Positions 1-9,375 are shown, counted from the first letter of the stretch. The stretch: DNA of 64,000 nt from Spirochaetia bacterium (GCA_963668315.1 OY764216.1:4672001-4736000); one strand, 5' to 3'. Translations and numbers: made by a program. The notes: generated by a model from the sequence alone, not told the origin.

Positions 1-184
1 TGGTGATCAGAATATACAGCAGCGTTCCCACACCAGCGGTGAACAGAGCCGTGGTGGGGCTTAACCCGGTGAGAATGGGTACCAGAATCGTCGCGCCGAA
101 CATGGCGAATACGTGCTGAAGACTCAAAGGAACCCAGTGCTTCAGGTCCGGCTTGTCATGAACGCCGAATTGAATATCAGACAT
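1..184 (-). CDS. uraA: Uracil/xanthine permease (NCS2 family), 5' part only; runs off the window start
   Basis: Not in the ORF track. Manual translation from ATG at 184 gives [61 protein letters not shown], with the NCS2/UraA QH.FAMFGAT.LVP motif. AGGAGG RBS upstream. Confidence 0.85.
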   Translation of the reverse strand, partial: MSDIQFGVHDKPDLKHWVPLSLQHVFAMFGATILVPILTGLSPTTALFTAGVGTLLYILIT

Positions 185-226
185 TTTTTCCCTCCTATGG
201 AATAAAAAAAAGAACAAAATTGTTCA

Positions 227-255
227 ATTCTAACAGCCGAGGCCAAAGGTGTCAA
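227..255 (-). promoter_or_regulatory. Sigma70-type promoter of uraA (TTGACA-17 bp-TAGAAT)
   Basis: Minus strand TTGACA (255-250), 17-nt spacer, TAGAAT (232-227), about 40 nt upstream of the start codon. Confidence 0.7.
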
Positions 256-261
256 GAATAA

Positions 262-365
262 AGGGCGAACCCGGTCCCTTCCGGTCCCCGGCCGGGCTTT
301 CCGCTCATACTCCTCGGGGGCGAGCCCCTGCGGGGTGCCGCTGCAATCCCTTTCGCGTTCCGCCC
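262..365. repeat. GC-rich structured intergenic element, REP-like
   Basis: Enclosing stem GGGCGAAC (263-270)/GTTCCGCCC (357-365), inner hairpin GGGG-CGAG-CCCC, and two imperfect copies of CGGG..CCGCT...TCC (292-314, 331-351). Confidence 0.4.
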
Positions 366-404
366 CATACTGTCATCACCGGAGAAATGCTGTATATTAT
401 CCCT

Positions 405-3107
405 ATGAAAAGAATCCCCGCCCTCTGCCTGTTCCTGACGGCCCTGCCCTGCCTTTTCGCCCAGTACGATCCCCGGATCAGCTGGCAGTACATAGACACG
501 GAGTACAACCGCATCATTTTCCCCGATTACATGGCAGAAGAAGGCCTCCGGGCCGCCGCCCTGACGGAACAGGTCCGTCCCCTCATAACGGAGGGCATGG
601 ACACGCCCTTTTTCCACGTCTACCCCGTCATCCTCTCGGGAAACGATATGACCAGCAACGGCTTCGTCACGATCTACCCCCGGCGCAGCGTATGGTACAG
701 CTTCAACCGGGGCTTCGGTTCGGGCACGACCGAATGGTATGACCATCTGGCAGTCCATGAAGGACGCCACACGGTACAGTTCGACAGACTCAACGCCTCG
801 GCGGGCCATATCCTCTACCTTCTGGGGGGCGAATCCTGGTACAGCCTGACCATAGGCATGACCCCCTCCTGGATATACGAGGGGGACGCCATCCGGACGG
901 AAACGCTCTACTCCGCCTCGGGCCGGGGACGGCTCGGCTCCTACTTTGAACTGATGCGCGGCCTCTCCCTGGAAGAGACGCCCCCCTCCTACTACGAAAC
1001 CCTCCTTATCTCCTACAGGAATGCGACCCCCTCGGCCCATGCCCTGGGGTATCCCCTCATGAACTGGATAGAAGAGAATCACGGCCCCCTTGCGGCAGAC
1101 TCTCTCTTCGGCCTGATGGCCGAACTGCCCCTCCCCCTCTGGGGGCCATCCCGGGCTGTCAGGAGGGTTACCGGCCTGACGCCCCGCAGGGCCTACGACA
1201 GCATGATGGACGACCTGAAAGGGGAAACGGAGCGTATCATCGCCGCCAAGGGAACCCTTATTGAGGGGGAGAGACTGACTCCGGTTCCTCCAATCTATAC
1301 GGCCTGGTCCCAGCTCATACCCGGGACAGGGGGGGAATGGTATGGCCTGAAGGCCGATCTCTCCCATACGTCCGCCCTGTACAGATACGACGGTATGGGC
1401 CGGGAGGAAAAGCTCTTCTCCCCCTCTCCGGCCACGCGCATAGACGGCCGTGAAGGTACCTTTGTCTGGGACTCCCTCAGGACGAACCTGACCTGGACGA
1501 CCCGGCAGACCACCGACCTCTACCTGAAGGAGGAGGGAAAAAACGCCGTAAGACTGACAGAAAACGGCCGTTACTACCATCCCGCCCTGAATGAAGGGGG
1601 AGACAGAATCGCCGCCCTGGAATGGTCCCTGGAACGAAAACCCTTTCTTGTCATCCTGGACAGATCAGGCCTCATTCTCGAGAGGATACCCTTCCCCGAA
1701 GAGATCACCTACGCCTCATGGCCGGCCTGGGACGAAGACAGGGTGGTTCTGTTGGTTCAGAACCGCTGGGGCGAAGCCCTCTGGCGCCGGGAGGGGGACA
1801 GCTTCAGAACGTTGATTCCCTATACCACGGAAGACATGAACCATCCGGCTCCCTGGAACGGGGGAGTGTTTTTCTCACTCGACCGTTACGAAGGAGAGGA
1901 AATCTGCTACTGGAAAGACGGAGTAATCCGCAGAGTCAGCAATTCCCCCCTGGGAACGGGTTGGCCCGTGGCGGACCGGGAGAAAGGACGCCTTCTCATG
2001 ATCGGCTCCGAAGGCGCCCTGGGAGATTCGGTACGGACCCTTCCGCTGGACAGCTGGGAGCGGGGGCCCGAAATCATCCTGAATCCCCTTCCCCCCGCCG
2101 ATGCGCCAGGTCTTACCGGATTCGGCGAAGAAAAGAAGCGGGACTATGAAATAAAGGACTACAGGGTCCTCTCTCTCTTCAATCCCGTCGGCTGGGGAAT
2201 AACAACCCTTTCCCAGAGCGACGACGATCTGGAGATACCCTTTACACTGATTTCCATCAACCCCATGCAGACTCTGGCCTGGGAGGCGGGGCTCTACTAC
2301 AATACCAATGAGAACACTCTTTCCTACAGGGGCACGGCTGCCGTTTCCCTCTTCCTTCCGCTTATCAGCACGGGGTTTTCCCTGGATGAACGCATACGGG
2401 AGGGCCGCTCCATACATGATTTCTCAACTTCGGCGGGCCTCTCCTTTCCCCTGGGATTCACCCGCGGTCAGGATACCTTCAGCCTGGAGCTGAGCGGAGA
2501 GGCACTTTATCTATACAGCTGGACAAAAAACGATGAGGAGAGGGCCGCCGGATTTGCCGAAGCCGTCACTCTTCTCCACAGCCGCCCCGGAAGCTACCGC
2601 TCCCTGCAGCCCCGCTTTGAAGAGTCGGCGGAAATATCCCTGCTTCATACTTCCGAAGCCTCTCCCCGCCATAGATTATCCGCCTCGGGCCATCTGCTCC
2701 TTCCGGGGCTCCATCCGACCCACGGAAGCGGGTTCTACGCCTACTACGAAGAGAATCCTTCCCTCATGACCTCTCTCGTACCCGCCGTCCGCGGATGGGA
2801 TTATGTTGCCGAAAAGGAACTGATCATGGCCAGGGCCGAATATGTTCTGCCCCTTTTCTATCCCGATCTGGCCCTGGGGGGATTGGCCTATTTTCCCCGG
2901 ATCAGCGGAGAACTTTTCTATGACAGCCAGTGGGGGGGAAAGGGTTTCGAAGAGAGCAAAAGGTCGGCAGGGTTCGAACTGCTGGCGGACACCTTCTTTC
3001 TCTCCCTGCCTCTTCAGGTGAGGAGCGGCTTCCGGTTCAGCTGGCTGATAGAGGAAGAAAAGCCCTCCTTTCAGTTTGTGATTAAAGGATTCTCCGTGGA
3101 GAATTAA
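405..3107 (+). CDS. Exported protein: zinc-peptidase-like N-domain, TolB/WD40-like propeller, C-terminal Omp85-like beta-barrel
   Basis: Likely start ATG 405 with signal peptide MKRIPALCLFLTALPCLFA. HExxH (VHEGRH) plus downstream WIYEGDA, propeller-like repeats, amphipathic C-terminal strands with VRGW. Confidence 0.65.
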   Translation: MKRIPALCLFLTALPCLFAQYDPRISWQYIDTEYNRIIFPDYMAEEGLRAAALTEQVRPLITEGMDTPFFHVYPVILSGNDMTSNGFVTIYPRRSVWYSFNRGFGSGTTEWYDHLAVHEGRHTVQFDRLNASAGHILYLLGGESWYSLTIGMTPSWIYEGDAIRTETLYSASGRGRLGSYFELMRGLSLEETPPSYYETLLISYRNATPSAHALGYPLMNWIEENHGPLAADSLFGLMAELPLPLWGPSRAVRRVTGLTPRRAYDSMMDDLKGETERIIAAKGTLIEGERLTPVPPIYTAWSQLIPGTGGEWYGLKADLSHTSALYRYDGMGREEKLFSPSPATRIDGREGTFVWDSLRTNLTWTTRQTTDLYLKEEGKNAVRLTENGRYYHPALNEGGDRIAALEWSLERKPFLVILDRSGLILERIPFPEEITYASWPAWDEDRVVLLVQNRWGEALWRREGDSFRTLIPYTTEDMNHPAPWNGGVFFSLDRYEGEEICYWKDGVIRRVSNSPLGTGWPVADREKGRLLMIGSEGALGDSVRTLPLDSWERGPEIILNPLPPADAPGLTGFGEEKKRDYEIKDYRVLSLFNPVGWGITTLSQSDDDLEIPFTLISINPMQTLAWEAGLYYNTNENTLSYRGTAAVSLFLPLISTGFSLDERIREGRSIHDFSTSAGLSFPLGFTRGQDTFSLELSGEALYLYSWTKNDEERAAGFAEAVTLLHSRPGSYRSLQPRFEESAEISLLHTSEASPRHRLSASGHLLLPGLHPTHGSGFYAYYEENPSLMTSLVPAVRGWDYVAEKELIMARAEYVLPLFYPDLALGGLAYFPRISGELFYDSQWGGKGFEESKRSAGFELLADTFFLSLPLQVRSGFRFSWLIEEEKPSFQFVIKGFSVEN

Positions 3108-4267
3108 CCGAACTGGAGGGTCAGGACGAGAAAATTCCGCCCTTCCCCCATATCATTGACGCGGGATGAAAACTTAATACCCGCTTCCTCGCACTCTTCC
3201 AGAAGATAGGTGAGGTAGCTCAGCCCCATTTCCGCGGTGGGATTATCGGAGGCCTGATAGAACTCGGAAAGGGAAATATCTCCGGCGGAACTATGGAGCT
3301 TCTTATTCACCTTCTCCCTCAGGGCCATCGTTTCGGCCCCCTTGTTGTAGATGACGACTTCCAGCTTTTTCTCCGTCCCGATGGAGGAATCGGTGCGGCT
3401 GCCGATTTTCCAGGCCGTGGAGATCACCTCACCGCTCTCTTCCATGGCGGCCACAAGCTTTTCACGCTTATCCGGATCATATACCATGGACTCGTAGGAG
3501 ATGGCCCCCTGATACTTCTCCTCCACATAACTCTTGATATTCCGGCTCTCCGCACTGAGGCAGAGTTCCATATGCATAAGGGCCAGATATTCGGCGATCC
3601 GGGATTTGCTCAGAAAGTTTTCCAGGGCATTCTGCATATCCACATATACCGTGTCCCATTCAAAGGAAGAGGAGAATTTGATAAGCAGAAACCAGATGAA
3701 GGGGGGCAGATTATCCAGATACTTTTCCGAAAGGAAGATATGGATATTCTTTTCATCGGCCTGGAGGGAGGGATTCTGTGAGATCCGGCGGATAAGACCC
3801 TTCAAAATCGATTTCTTGATATCCTCTATCAGGGGCTTGCTTTTTTCCAGAATTACCTTCGTGGCGCTTTCGTTGATTTTAATTCTGGGATCAATGCTGT
3901 TGCCCGGATTATTGCGGTTCCAGGTCTTGATGGTATCCGACTCCATCACGATCCGGCTGACTTCATCGTTGAAGCTCTTGTACAGGTATCCGTAGGTAAT
4001 CAGTTTGGACAGATCCATCAGATCGGAACGGCAGGAAGTGAAATCACTGCGGGTCACCTCTATTCTGGCGACATAACCGATCATCAGCATCTGCTGGATG
4101 GAGGCGGGGGAAAACTGCTTCAGCAGAATGCCGTAGCGTTCCGTGCCGTCGGCGGTGGTAAAACGATTCAGTTTCTTATTATTGTTAATAAAGAAAGATA
4201 CCCCCGCTTCATTGAAAATGACTTTAAGGGGCAGTCCAAGTATCGACTTACGCATTTTATTTGCCAT
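3104..4267 (-). CDS. Hypothetical cytoplasmic protein; C-terminus weakly GHKL/anti-sigma-kinase-like
   Basis: Long ORF with protein-like composition; start placed at MANKMRK (4267). No confident family match. Confidence 0.75.
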   Translation of the reverse strand: MANKMRKSILGLPLKVIFNEAGVSFFINNNKKLNRFTTADGTERYGILLKQFSPASIQQMLMIGYVARIEVTRSDFTSCRSDLMDLSKLITYGYLYKSFNDEVSRIVMESDTIKTWNRNNPGNSIDPRIKINESATKVILEKSKPLIEDIKKSILKGLIRRISQNPSLQADEKNIHIFLSEKYLDNLPPFIWFLLIKFSSSFEWDTVYVDMQNALENFLSKSRIAEYLALMHMELCLSAESRNIKSYVEEKYQGAISYESMVYDPDKREKLVAAMEESGEVISTAWKIGSRTDSSIGTEKKLEVVIYNKGAETMALREKVNKKLHSSAGDISLSEFYQASDNPTAEMGLSYLTYLLEECEEAGIKFSSRVNDMGEGRNFLVLTLQFG

Positions 4268-4384
4268 TAACGGGAACACTCCACCATAATACTAACGTTA
4301 TCCTATTATAATCGAAACATAATGGATATCCCTTTAAAGAAAAGAGTCCAGTTAATTTTTTTATAAGAAAAAGAGAACGAAGAC

Positions 4385-4903
4385 CTACCAGTGGTCGTAG
4401 GAGATAATTCTTTTCTCATCCAGCCGATTATAAGGTTTGCGCTCATCATCGGATTGGCCCACCATAACGACGGCGACCACCCTCATGGAATAGGGAACGG
4501 TCAGAAGGGAACGGATTTCCGGCTCCTGATAGGTTGTGACAATGGCCGCCCCCAGGCCTTCGTGGCGGGCCTGAAACATAATATGGGAGGCAGCCATGGA
4601 AATATCCATGGGATAGGAGAGCTGGCCGTTCGGCATCTTGTAATCGATATTAGTCGTGCAGCAGATGATAACCGCACCCGCGTCGGTCACTCTTTCGTCC
4701 CCGTAGCAGAAGTCGCGGAGCTGCTCTCTCAGCGCGGGCTTTCTTATAACAATAAAGCGCCAGGGCTGACGGTTTTTCGCAGAGGGAGCCCAGCGGCCCG
4801 CTTCCAGAATCCGATCAAGGACCTCCTGATCGATAGGCTCCGGAATGAATTTTCTTACATTTGTACCCTGGAGTATTTCCCGCATGACTTCCATGGAGGG
4901 CAT
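4385..4903 (-). CDS. Nitroreductase family protein
   Basis: VRKF, ILEAGRWAPSAKNRQPWRFIVI and EGLG motifs. Confidence 0.9.
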   Translation of the reverse strand: MPSMEVMREILQGTNVRKFIPEPIDQEVLDRILEAGRWAPSAKNRQPWRFIVIRKPALREQLRDFCYGDERVTDAGAVIICCTTNIDYKMPNGQLSYPMDISMAASHIMFQARHEGLGAAIVTTYQEPEIRSLLTVPYSMRVVAVVMVGQSDDERKPYNRLDEKRIISYDHW

Positions 4904-4975
4904 TTTAACATACTATTAAGAAAAGAAGTATCAGAAAAAACCGTTTTTTGTGAATTCGTGATATATTGTATGTGT

Positions 4976-5296
4976 ATGAGAGGTGTTTTTTTAAAATCCT
5001 GCGGAGTCTGTCTCCTTTTCCTTTTTTTCTCCTGTACCGATTTCGGAACCATTCCCAAGGCGGAATTTACCTTTGTGAATAGTATGTCTGATGGGATTGT
5101 AATAACTCCATCTTCTGCTGTGGACTGGACAACATTTACTGTAGCATCAGGAAGCACACATCGATTACTCACTGAAAACAGTGCACTCCAATTTACAGCA
5201 GCAACTTCCGGAGGACAACCAATTCAACTAAATGATCATTACATGACCTATACGTCTACAACAAGAACTTATCTATTTTATGATTTTATACCATAG
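4976..5296 (+). CDS. Small putative lipoprotein
   Basis: 3' part of ORF 4391..5296. From ATG 4976: MRGVFLKSCGVCLLFLFFSC (spirochete-type lipobox) followed by a beta-rich ~85-aa domain. Confidence 0.6.
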   Translation: MRGVFLKSCGVCLLFLFFSCTDFGTIPKAEFTFVNSMSDGIVITPSSAVDWTTFTVASGSTHRLLTENSALQFTAATSGGQPIQLNDHYMTYTSTTRTYLFYDFIP

Positions 5297-5449
5297 CCCC
5301 AAAAGCTATATATATTTTTCTTAATATATCTTGATTTCCTGAACCACTTATAGTATTTTCTAAGGCATAAAGACAACAAAGAAATTATCCCGGGATGGAA
5401 GAGCAGTATGAATCATCAAATGTCCCGGTTACACTAAGGAGTGAGAAAC

Positions 5450-6385
5450 ATGGCTGATTGGGATTTAATTATCATAGGGGCCGGTCCGGCGGGACTGGCG
5501 GCGGCGCAGTACGGTTCCCGCGCCAATCTCAAGTGCGTGGTAGTGGAGGAAATGGCGGCGGGCGGACAGGCTCTGACCATCGACGACCTGGAAAACTACC
5601 CCGGATTCGCCCAGGGGATCACCGGATTTCAATTTAGCGATGACATGCGCGCCCAGGCGGAAAAATTCGGCGCCGAATTCAAATCGGCCAGCGTTAAGGA
5701 GATCGTCAAGGCGGGAAATGAGTTCATCGTCAAGACAGGCCGGGAGGAGCTGAAAGCCCCTGCCGTCATTTACGCCACGGGAGCCAAGCACCGTCACCTG
5801 GGAGTCCCCGGAGAAGAGGAATTCGCCGGACGGGGCGTCTCCTACTGCGCCACCTGCGACGGCCCTTTCTTCAAGGGAAAGAAGATCATGGTCGTGGGAG
5901 GGGGAGACGCGGCCTGTGACGAAGCAGCCTACCTCTCCAAGCTCTCCGACAAGGTGAAAATCGTTCACAGAAGGGACAGGTTCCGTGCCCAGAAGGCCGT
6001 GGCAGACCGGGTTCTGAACAACCCCAACATCGAAGTGGTCTTCAATACGGTCTGCGAAGAGATCAAAGGAGACCAGAAGGTTAATAAGGTGATCCTCAAG
6101 GATACGGTCACGGGAGAAATCCGGGAAGAGGAGATGGATGCGGTTTTCATTTTCGTAGGCACCATACCCCAGACCCAGACCGCCCCCGAAGTTGATCTGG
6201 ATGAAATGGGTTACATCAAGTCCAATCAGAAGATGGAAACATCCCTGCCCGGTTTCTTTGCCGTGGGCGATGTGAGGGACACCCCCTTCCGCCAGGTGAT
6301 CACCGCCTGTTCAGACGGGGCCATTGCGGCTCACGTGGCCTCGAATTACATTGACGAGATGCGTGGCCAGGCTTACGGTAAGTAA
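5450..6385 (+). CDS. trxB: Thioredoxin reductase
   Basis: GAGPAG, GVSYCATCDG, GGGDAA, HRRD and GDV motifs. Confidence 0.95.
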   Translation: MADWDLIIIGAGPAGLAAAQYGSRANLKCVVVEEMAAGGQALTIDDLENYPGFAQGITGFQFSDDMRAQAEKFGAEFKSASVKEIVKAGNEFIVKTGREELKAPAVIYATGAKHRHLGVPGEEEFAGRGVSYCATCDGPFFKGKKIMVVGGGDAACDEAAYLSKLSDKVKIVHRRDRFRAQKAVADRVLNNPNIEVVFNTVCEEIKGDQKVNKVILKDTVTGEIREEEMDAVFIFVGTIPQTQTAPEVDLDEMGYIKSNQKMETSLPGFFAVGDVRDTPFRQVITACSDGAIAAHVASNYIDEMRGQAYGK

Positions 6386-6405
6386 GAATCCTGCCCGCAG
6401 GAGAT

Positions 6406-6432
6406 AACAGGCCCCCAGGGGCCTGTTTTTTT
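6406..6432 (+). terminator. Rho-independent terminator after trxB
   Basis: AACAGGCCC/GGGCCTGTT stem followed by a T run. Confidence 0.75.
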
Positions 6433-6524
6433 ATCCCTTGACCCGTAAAATTGAGCTCACCTATAATAGGAACCGCTACAAGAATCGTCGGCCGCGGTAT
6501 TTAACAAACAGAAAAGGAACGGAT

Positions 6525-7025
6525 ATGAAACTGACATTAAGAGCCCTCTCTCCCCTGGATGGAGTAAAGGAGTGGCGTTTCCTGCAGGAACTGGAAAAGG
6601 AGAAAAACGGCTTCGGAAATGACAGACATGGAATCGCCGAAGCAGATTTTCCCTCCTACCTGCTTAAGCATGTGAGCGGAGCAAACCGCGTAAACCTTCC
6701 CGATGGAATTGTTCCCCAGACGACCTATTGGCTAACCGACGGAGACCGCATTCTGGGAATGGTAAAACTGCGCCACCATCTGACAGAAGGTCTCCTTGCA
6801 CACGGCGGCCATATCGGTTACGCCGTCCACCCCGATCACCGGGGGAAGGGATACGGCAAGAGGATGCTGGCCCTGACCCTTGAAAAAGCCAGACTCAAAG
6901 GTCTGGATAATGTCCTGATAACCTGTAACCAGGATAACCGGGGCTCCCGGGGTGTCATAGAAGCAAACGGCGGCCGGCTCTGGAAGGAGAACGAAAAAAG
7001 CCGCTGGTACTGGATAGAATTATGA
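6525..7025 (+). CDS. GNAT family N-acetyltransferase
   Basis: GHIGYAVHPDHRGKGYG acetyl-CoA motif and N..S..VIE.NGG. Start at ATG 6525 after AAGGA. Confidence 0.9.
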   Translation: MKLTLRALSPLDGVKEWRFLQELEKEKNGFGNDRHGIAEADFPSYLLKHVSGANRVNLPDGIVPQTTYWLTDGDRILGMVKLRHHLTEGLLAHGGHIGYAVHPDHRGKGYGKRMLALTLEKARLKGLDNVLITCNQDNRGSRGVIEANGGRLWKENEKSRWYWIEL

Positions 7026-7468
7026 ACGGAAAAAACACCGCCGTTCCCGCGTCCTATCTCTACCTGGAAAGGGACGGCAAGATTCTTCTTTTGAAAAGGA
7101 AGGACACCGGTTATATGGACGGCTTCTACTCCCTCATTGCCGGACATGTGGAACGGGGAGAGAGTTTTACCGATTGCCTTGTCAGGGAGGCGCGGGAAGA
7201 AGCGGGAATTGTCATCAGGCCGGAGGATACCGAGGTGGTTCATATCATGTACCGCAACGACAGTTCCGATTTCACCAATCAGAGGGTGGATACGTTCTTT
7301 ACCGCGAATTCCTGGGAAGGAGCCCTGACCAACTGCGAACCGGAAAAGTGTGAAGAGCTGTCATGGATTGATAAAAATCGTCTGCCCGAGAAGATGATTC
7401 CCTATATAAGGGATGTGATTGAGTATATAGGCGAAGGAAAGAGATTTTCGGAAAGGGGATGGTCCTGA
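7022..7468 (+). CDS. NUDIX hydrolase
   Basis: Nudix box GHVERGESFTDCLVREAREEAG and NCEPEKC motif. ATGA overlap with the GNAT gene. Confidence 0.9.
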   Translation: MNGKNTAVPASYLYLERDGKILLLKRKDTGYMDGFYSLIAGHVERGESFTDCLVREAREEAGIVIRPEDTEVVHIMYRNDSSDFTNQRVDTFFTANSWEGALTNCEPEKCEELSWIDKNRLPEKMIPYIRDVIEYIGEGKRFSERGWS

Positions 7469-7495
7469 CGGGGAGCATCCCGCTCTCCCCGGGGT

Positions 7496-8341
7496 CTACT
7501 CGTTCCCGTCACCGGGCACGGAAATCTTTTCCACCCTCTCCTTCAGTGAGGATGAGAAAGAGATTTTGGGGACAAAGACAGCCGGTTTAGCCGGAATAGT
7601 CATCTCTTCCCCCGTGGCCGGATTCCGTCCCACCCGGGCTTTCTGGGGAGGCCGGACCTGGGCATAGACTTTACCCAGTCTTCCCAGGGGAACCTTCTCG
7701 CCCATGAGTATCCCCGTCTCCACCATGGCCTCATAGTCATCCAGAAATGCCCGGACATCCTTCTGGGTCATCCCGTGCCTCTGGGAAAGAAAGGAGACCA
7801 TGGTCTTCTTGGTAAAATGGTCGGGGCCCTCCCCTTCCACTCCGGTCAGATAGGTTTTATTTATCTTGACGAATCCGTTGGAAAGGAAAATCATGGCTTC
7901 CGATATTCGTTTGTTCTGTTTTTCCGGCTCCAGATCCTCAGGAGCCGCGGCGATACGGTACAGGGGTGATGTTTTCTTGAGCATGCGGCTTTCGAATTCG
8001 GCGCTTTTTTCCCGGGCGACACCGGAAACGAGAGAAATAGACCGCTCGACTATCATCTCGGGAACATCCTGACGAATCTTGATGCTGCTGTACTCCAGGC
8101 GGCATCCGTCCCCTTCATCGGCATAACAGGCAAGCAGGGATCCCGAAAAGGTGAGAGCAAGAAAGGCCCTGTTTTCTTCAGGCTCAAGGCTGTCCACTTC
8201 ATCAAGCTTGAGGTTTTCGGCCTGACCGGTAAACAGTATCTCCTTGTTCTCCCAGCTCTCTTCCACCCGTTCCATAGGCAGATCACCGAATGCGCCCTTT
8301 TCATACAAGGCCTTCAGATGCCTTTCTATCCTGTCGTTCAT
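7496..8341 (-). CDS. HU/IHF-domain protein with a ~175-aa N-terminal domain of unknown function
   Basis: C-terminal ARVGRNPATGEEMTIPAK..VPKISFSSSLKERV is a clear HU/IHF arm motif. Confidence 0.8.
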   Translation of the reverse strand: MNDRIERHLKALYEKGAFGDLPMERVEESWENKEILFTGQAENLKLDEVDSLEPEENRAFLALTFSGSLLACYADEGDGCRLEYSSIKIRQDVPEMIVERSISLVSGVAREKSAEFESRMLKKTSPLYRIAAAPEDLEPEKQNKRISEAMIFLSNGFVKINKTYLTGVEGEGPDHFTKKTMVSFLSQRHGMTQKDVRAFLDDYEAMVETGILMGEKVPLGRLGKVYAQVRPPQKARVGRNPATGEEMTIPAKPAVFVPKISFSSSLKERVEKISVPGDGNE

Positions 8342-8487
8342 AACTCGCCCTCCGTTCACTATTAACCCTATTGTAACACCGGAAGCTGTTTTTTACCATG
8401 CCTTCTGAAAATGTGTTTTCTATTCAGGGGTAATAGAGAGTCCTTTCCTTTTCTTTCTGCGGAAAAGAACCGGCTGAGTCGGTATTG

Positions 8488-8757
8488 TCAGCTGTTGGCG
8501 GCACACCCCGGACAGGAGCCGCCGTTGGAATTTGAGCTCTCGCATTTCTTGGCCGGACCAGTTGTGGAACTCTTACCCTTGGCATCATTTACATAAAAAC
8601 CGCTGCCCTTGAATATGATTCCCATTCCGCCTCCGATAAGGCGGCGAAGCTCATCCTTATTACACTGGGGGCAGGTGGTCAGAGCATCTTCAGCCATGGA
8701 CTGAAACTTCTCAAATGTATATCCGCATTCTTTGCATTCGTAATCGTATGTGGGCAT
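8488..8757 (-). CDS. FmdB family zinc-ribbon protein
   Basis: MPTYDYECKECG...CPQC...IIFKGSGFYVND; real start at ATG 8757. Confidence 0.9.
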   Translation of the reverse strand: MPTYDYECKECGYTFEKFQSMAEDALTTCPQCNKDELRRLIGGGMGIIFKGSGFYVNDAKGKSSTTGPAKKCESSNSNGGSCPGCAANS

Positions 8758-8892
8758 ATTTTCCTCGAAACTGTATTCTATTTCCCTTAATATACTAATT
8801 TTTTCATGGCATGACAAGTTTTGATGCTTTTTTTCCCGCCATGATAATCCTACGGACTTGCCCAGAAATATTCCCGTCCCTATACTGGCGGC

Positions 8893-9375
8893 ATGACAAT
8901 GGAAACGACTTTTGTAATGATAAAACCGGACGGAGTCAAAAGAGCTTTGACCGGACGGATCATAGACAGATTCGAACAGGCCGGACTGACGATCCGCGAG
9001 ATGAGGATGGTCCGGGCGGACAAGGTTCTGGCGGGCAGGCATTATGCCGAACACGAGGGAAAGTACTTTTTCGAACCTCTCACCGCTCTCCTCACATCAG
9101 GTCCGGTGGTGATTCTGGCACTGGAAGGGGCCGGTGCGGTGCAGGTGGTAAGGAAAATGGTCGGAGCGACCCAGCCTCTCGAAGCGGCACCCGGAACAAT
9201 CCGGGGCGACTTCTGCCATATGGGCTACGATCGCGCCAAGGAAACAATCGGGGTGATGTCCAACCTTATCCATGCCTCCGACTCGCTGGAGAGCGCCCGG
9301 CGGGAACTGGCACTCTGGTTTGAAACAACCGAATTCCACAGCGATTACCAGAGATACGATGCTCCCTGCTTCTAA
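8893..9375 (+). CDS. ndk: Nucleoside diphosphate kinase
   Basis: TFVMIKPDGV, PGTIRGDF and NLIHASDS motifs. Confidence 0.95.
   Translation: MTMETTFVMIKPDGVKRALTGRIIDRFEQAGLTIREMRMVRADKVLAGRHYAEHEGKYFFEPLTALLTSGPVVILALEGAGAVQVVRKMVGATQPLEAAPGTIRGDFCHMGYDRAKETIGVMSNLIHASDSLESARRELALWFETTEFHSDYQRYDAPCF

Noticed and set aside
249..404. N-terminal extensions in the ORF track (also 23867..25117, 58411..60162, 12820..13902, 8488..9054, 34357..35319)
   Set aside because: The extensions overlap other genes or regulatory DNA; downstream starts give proper signal peptides, family N-termini or RBSs.
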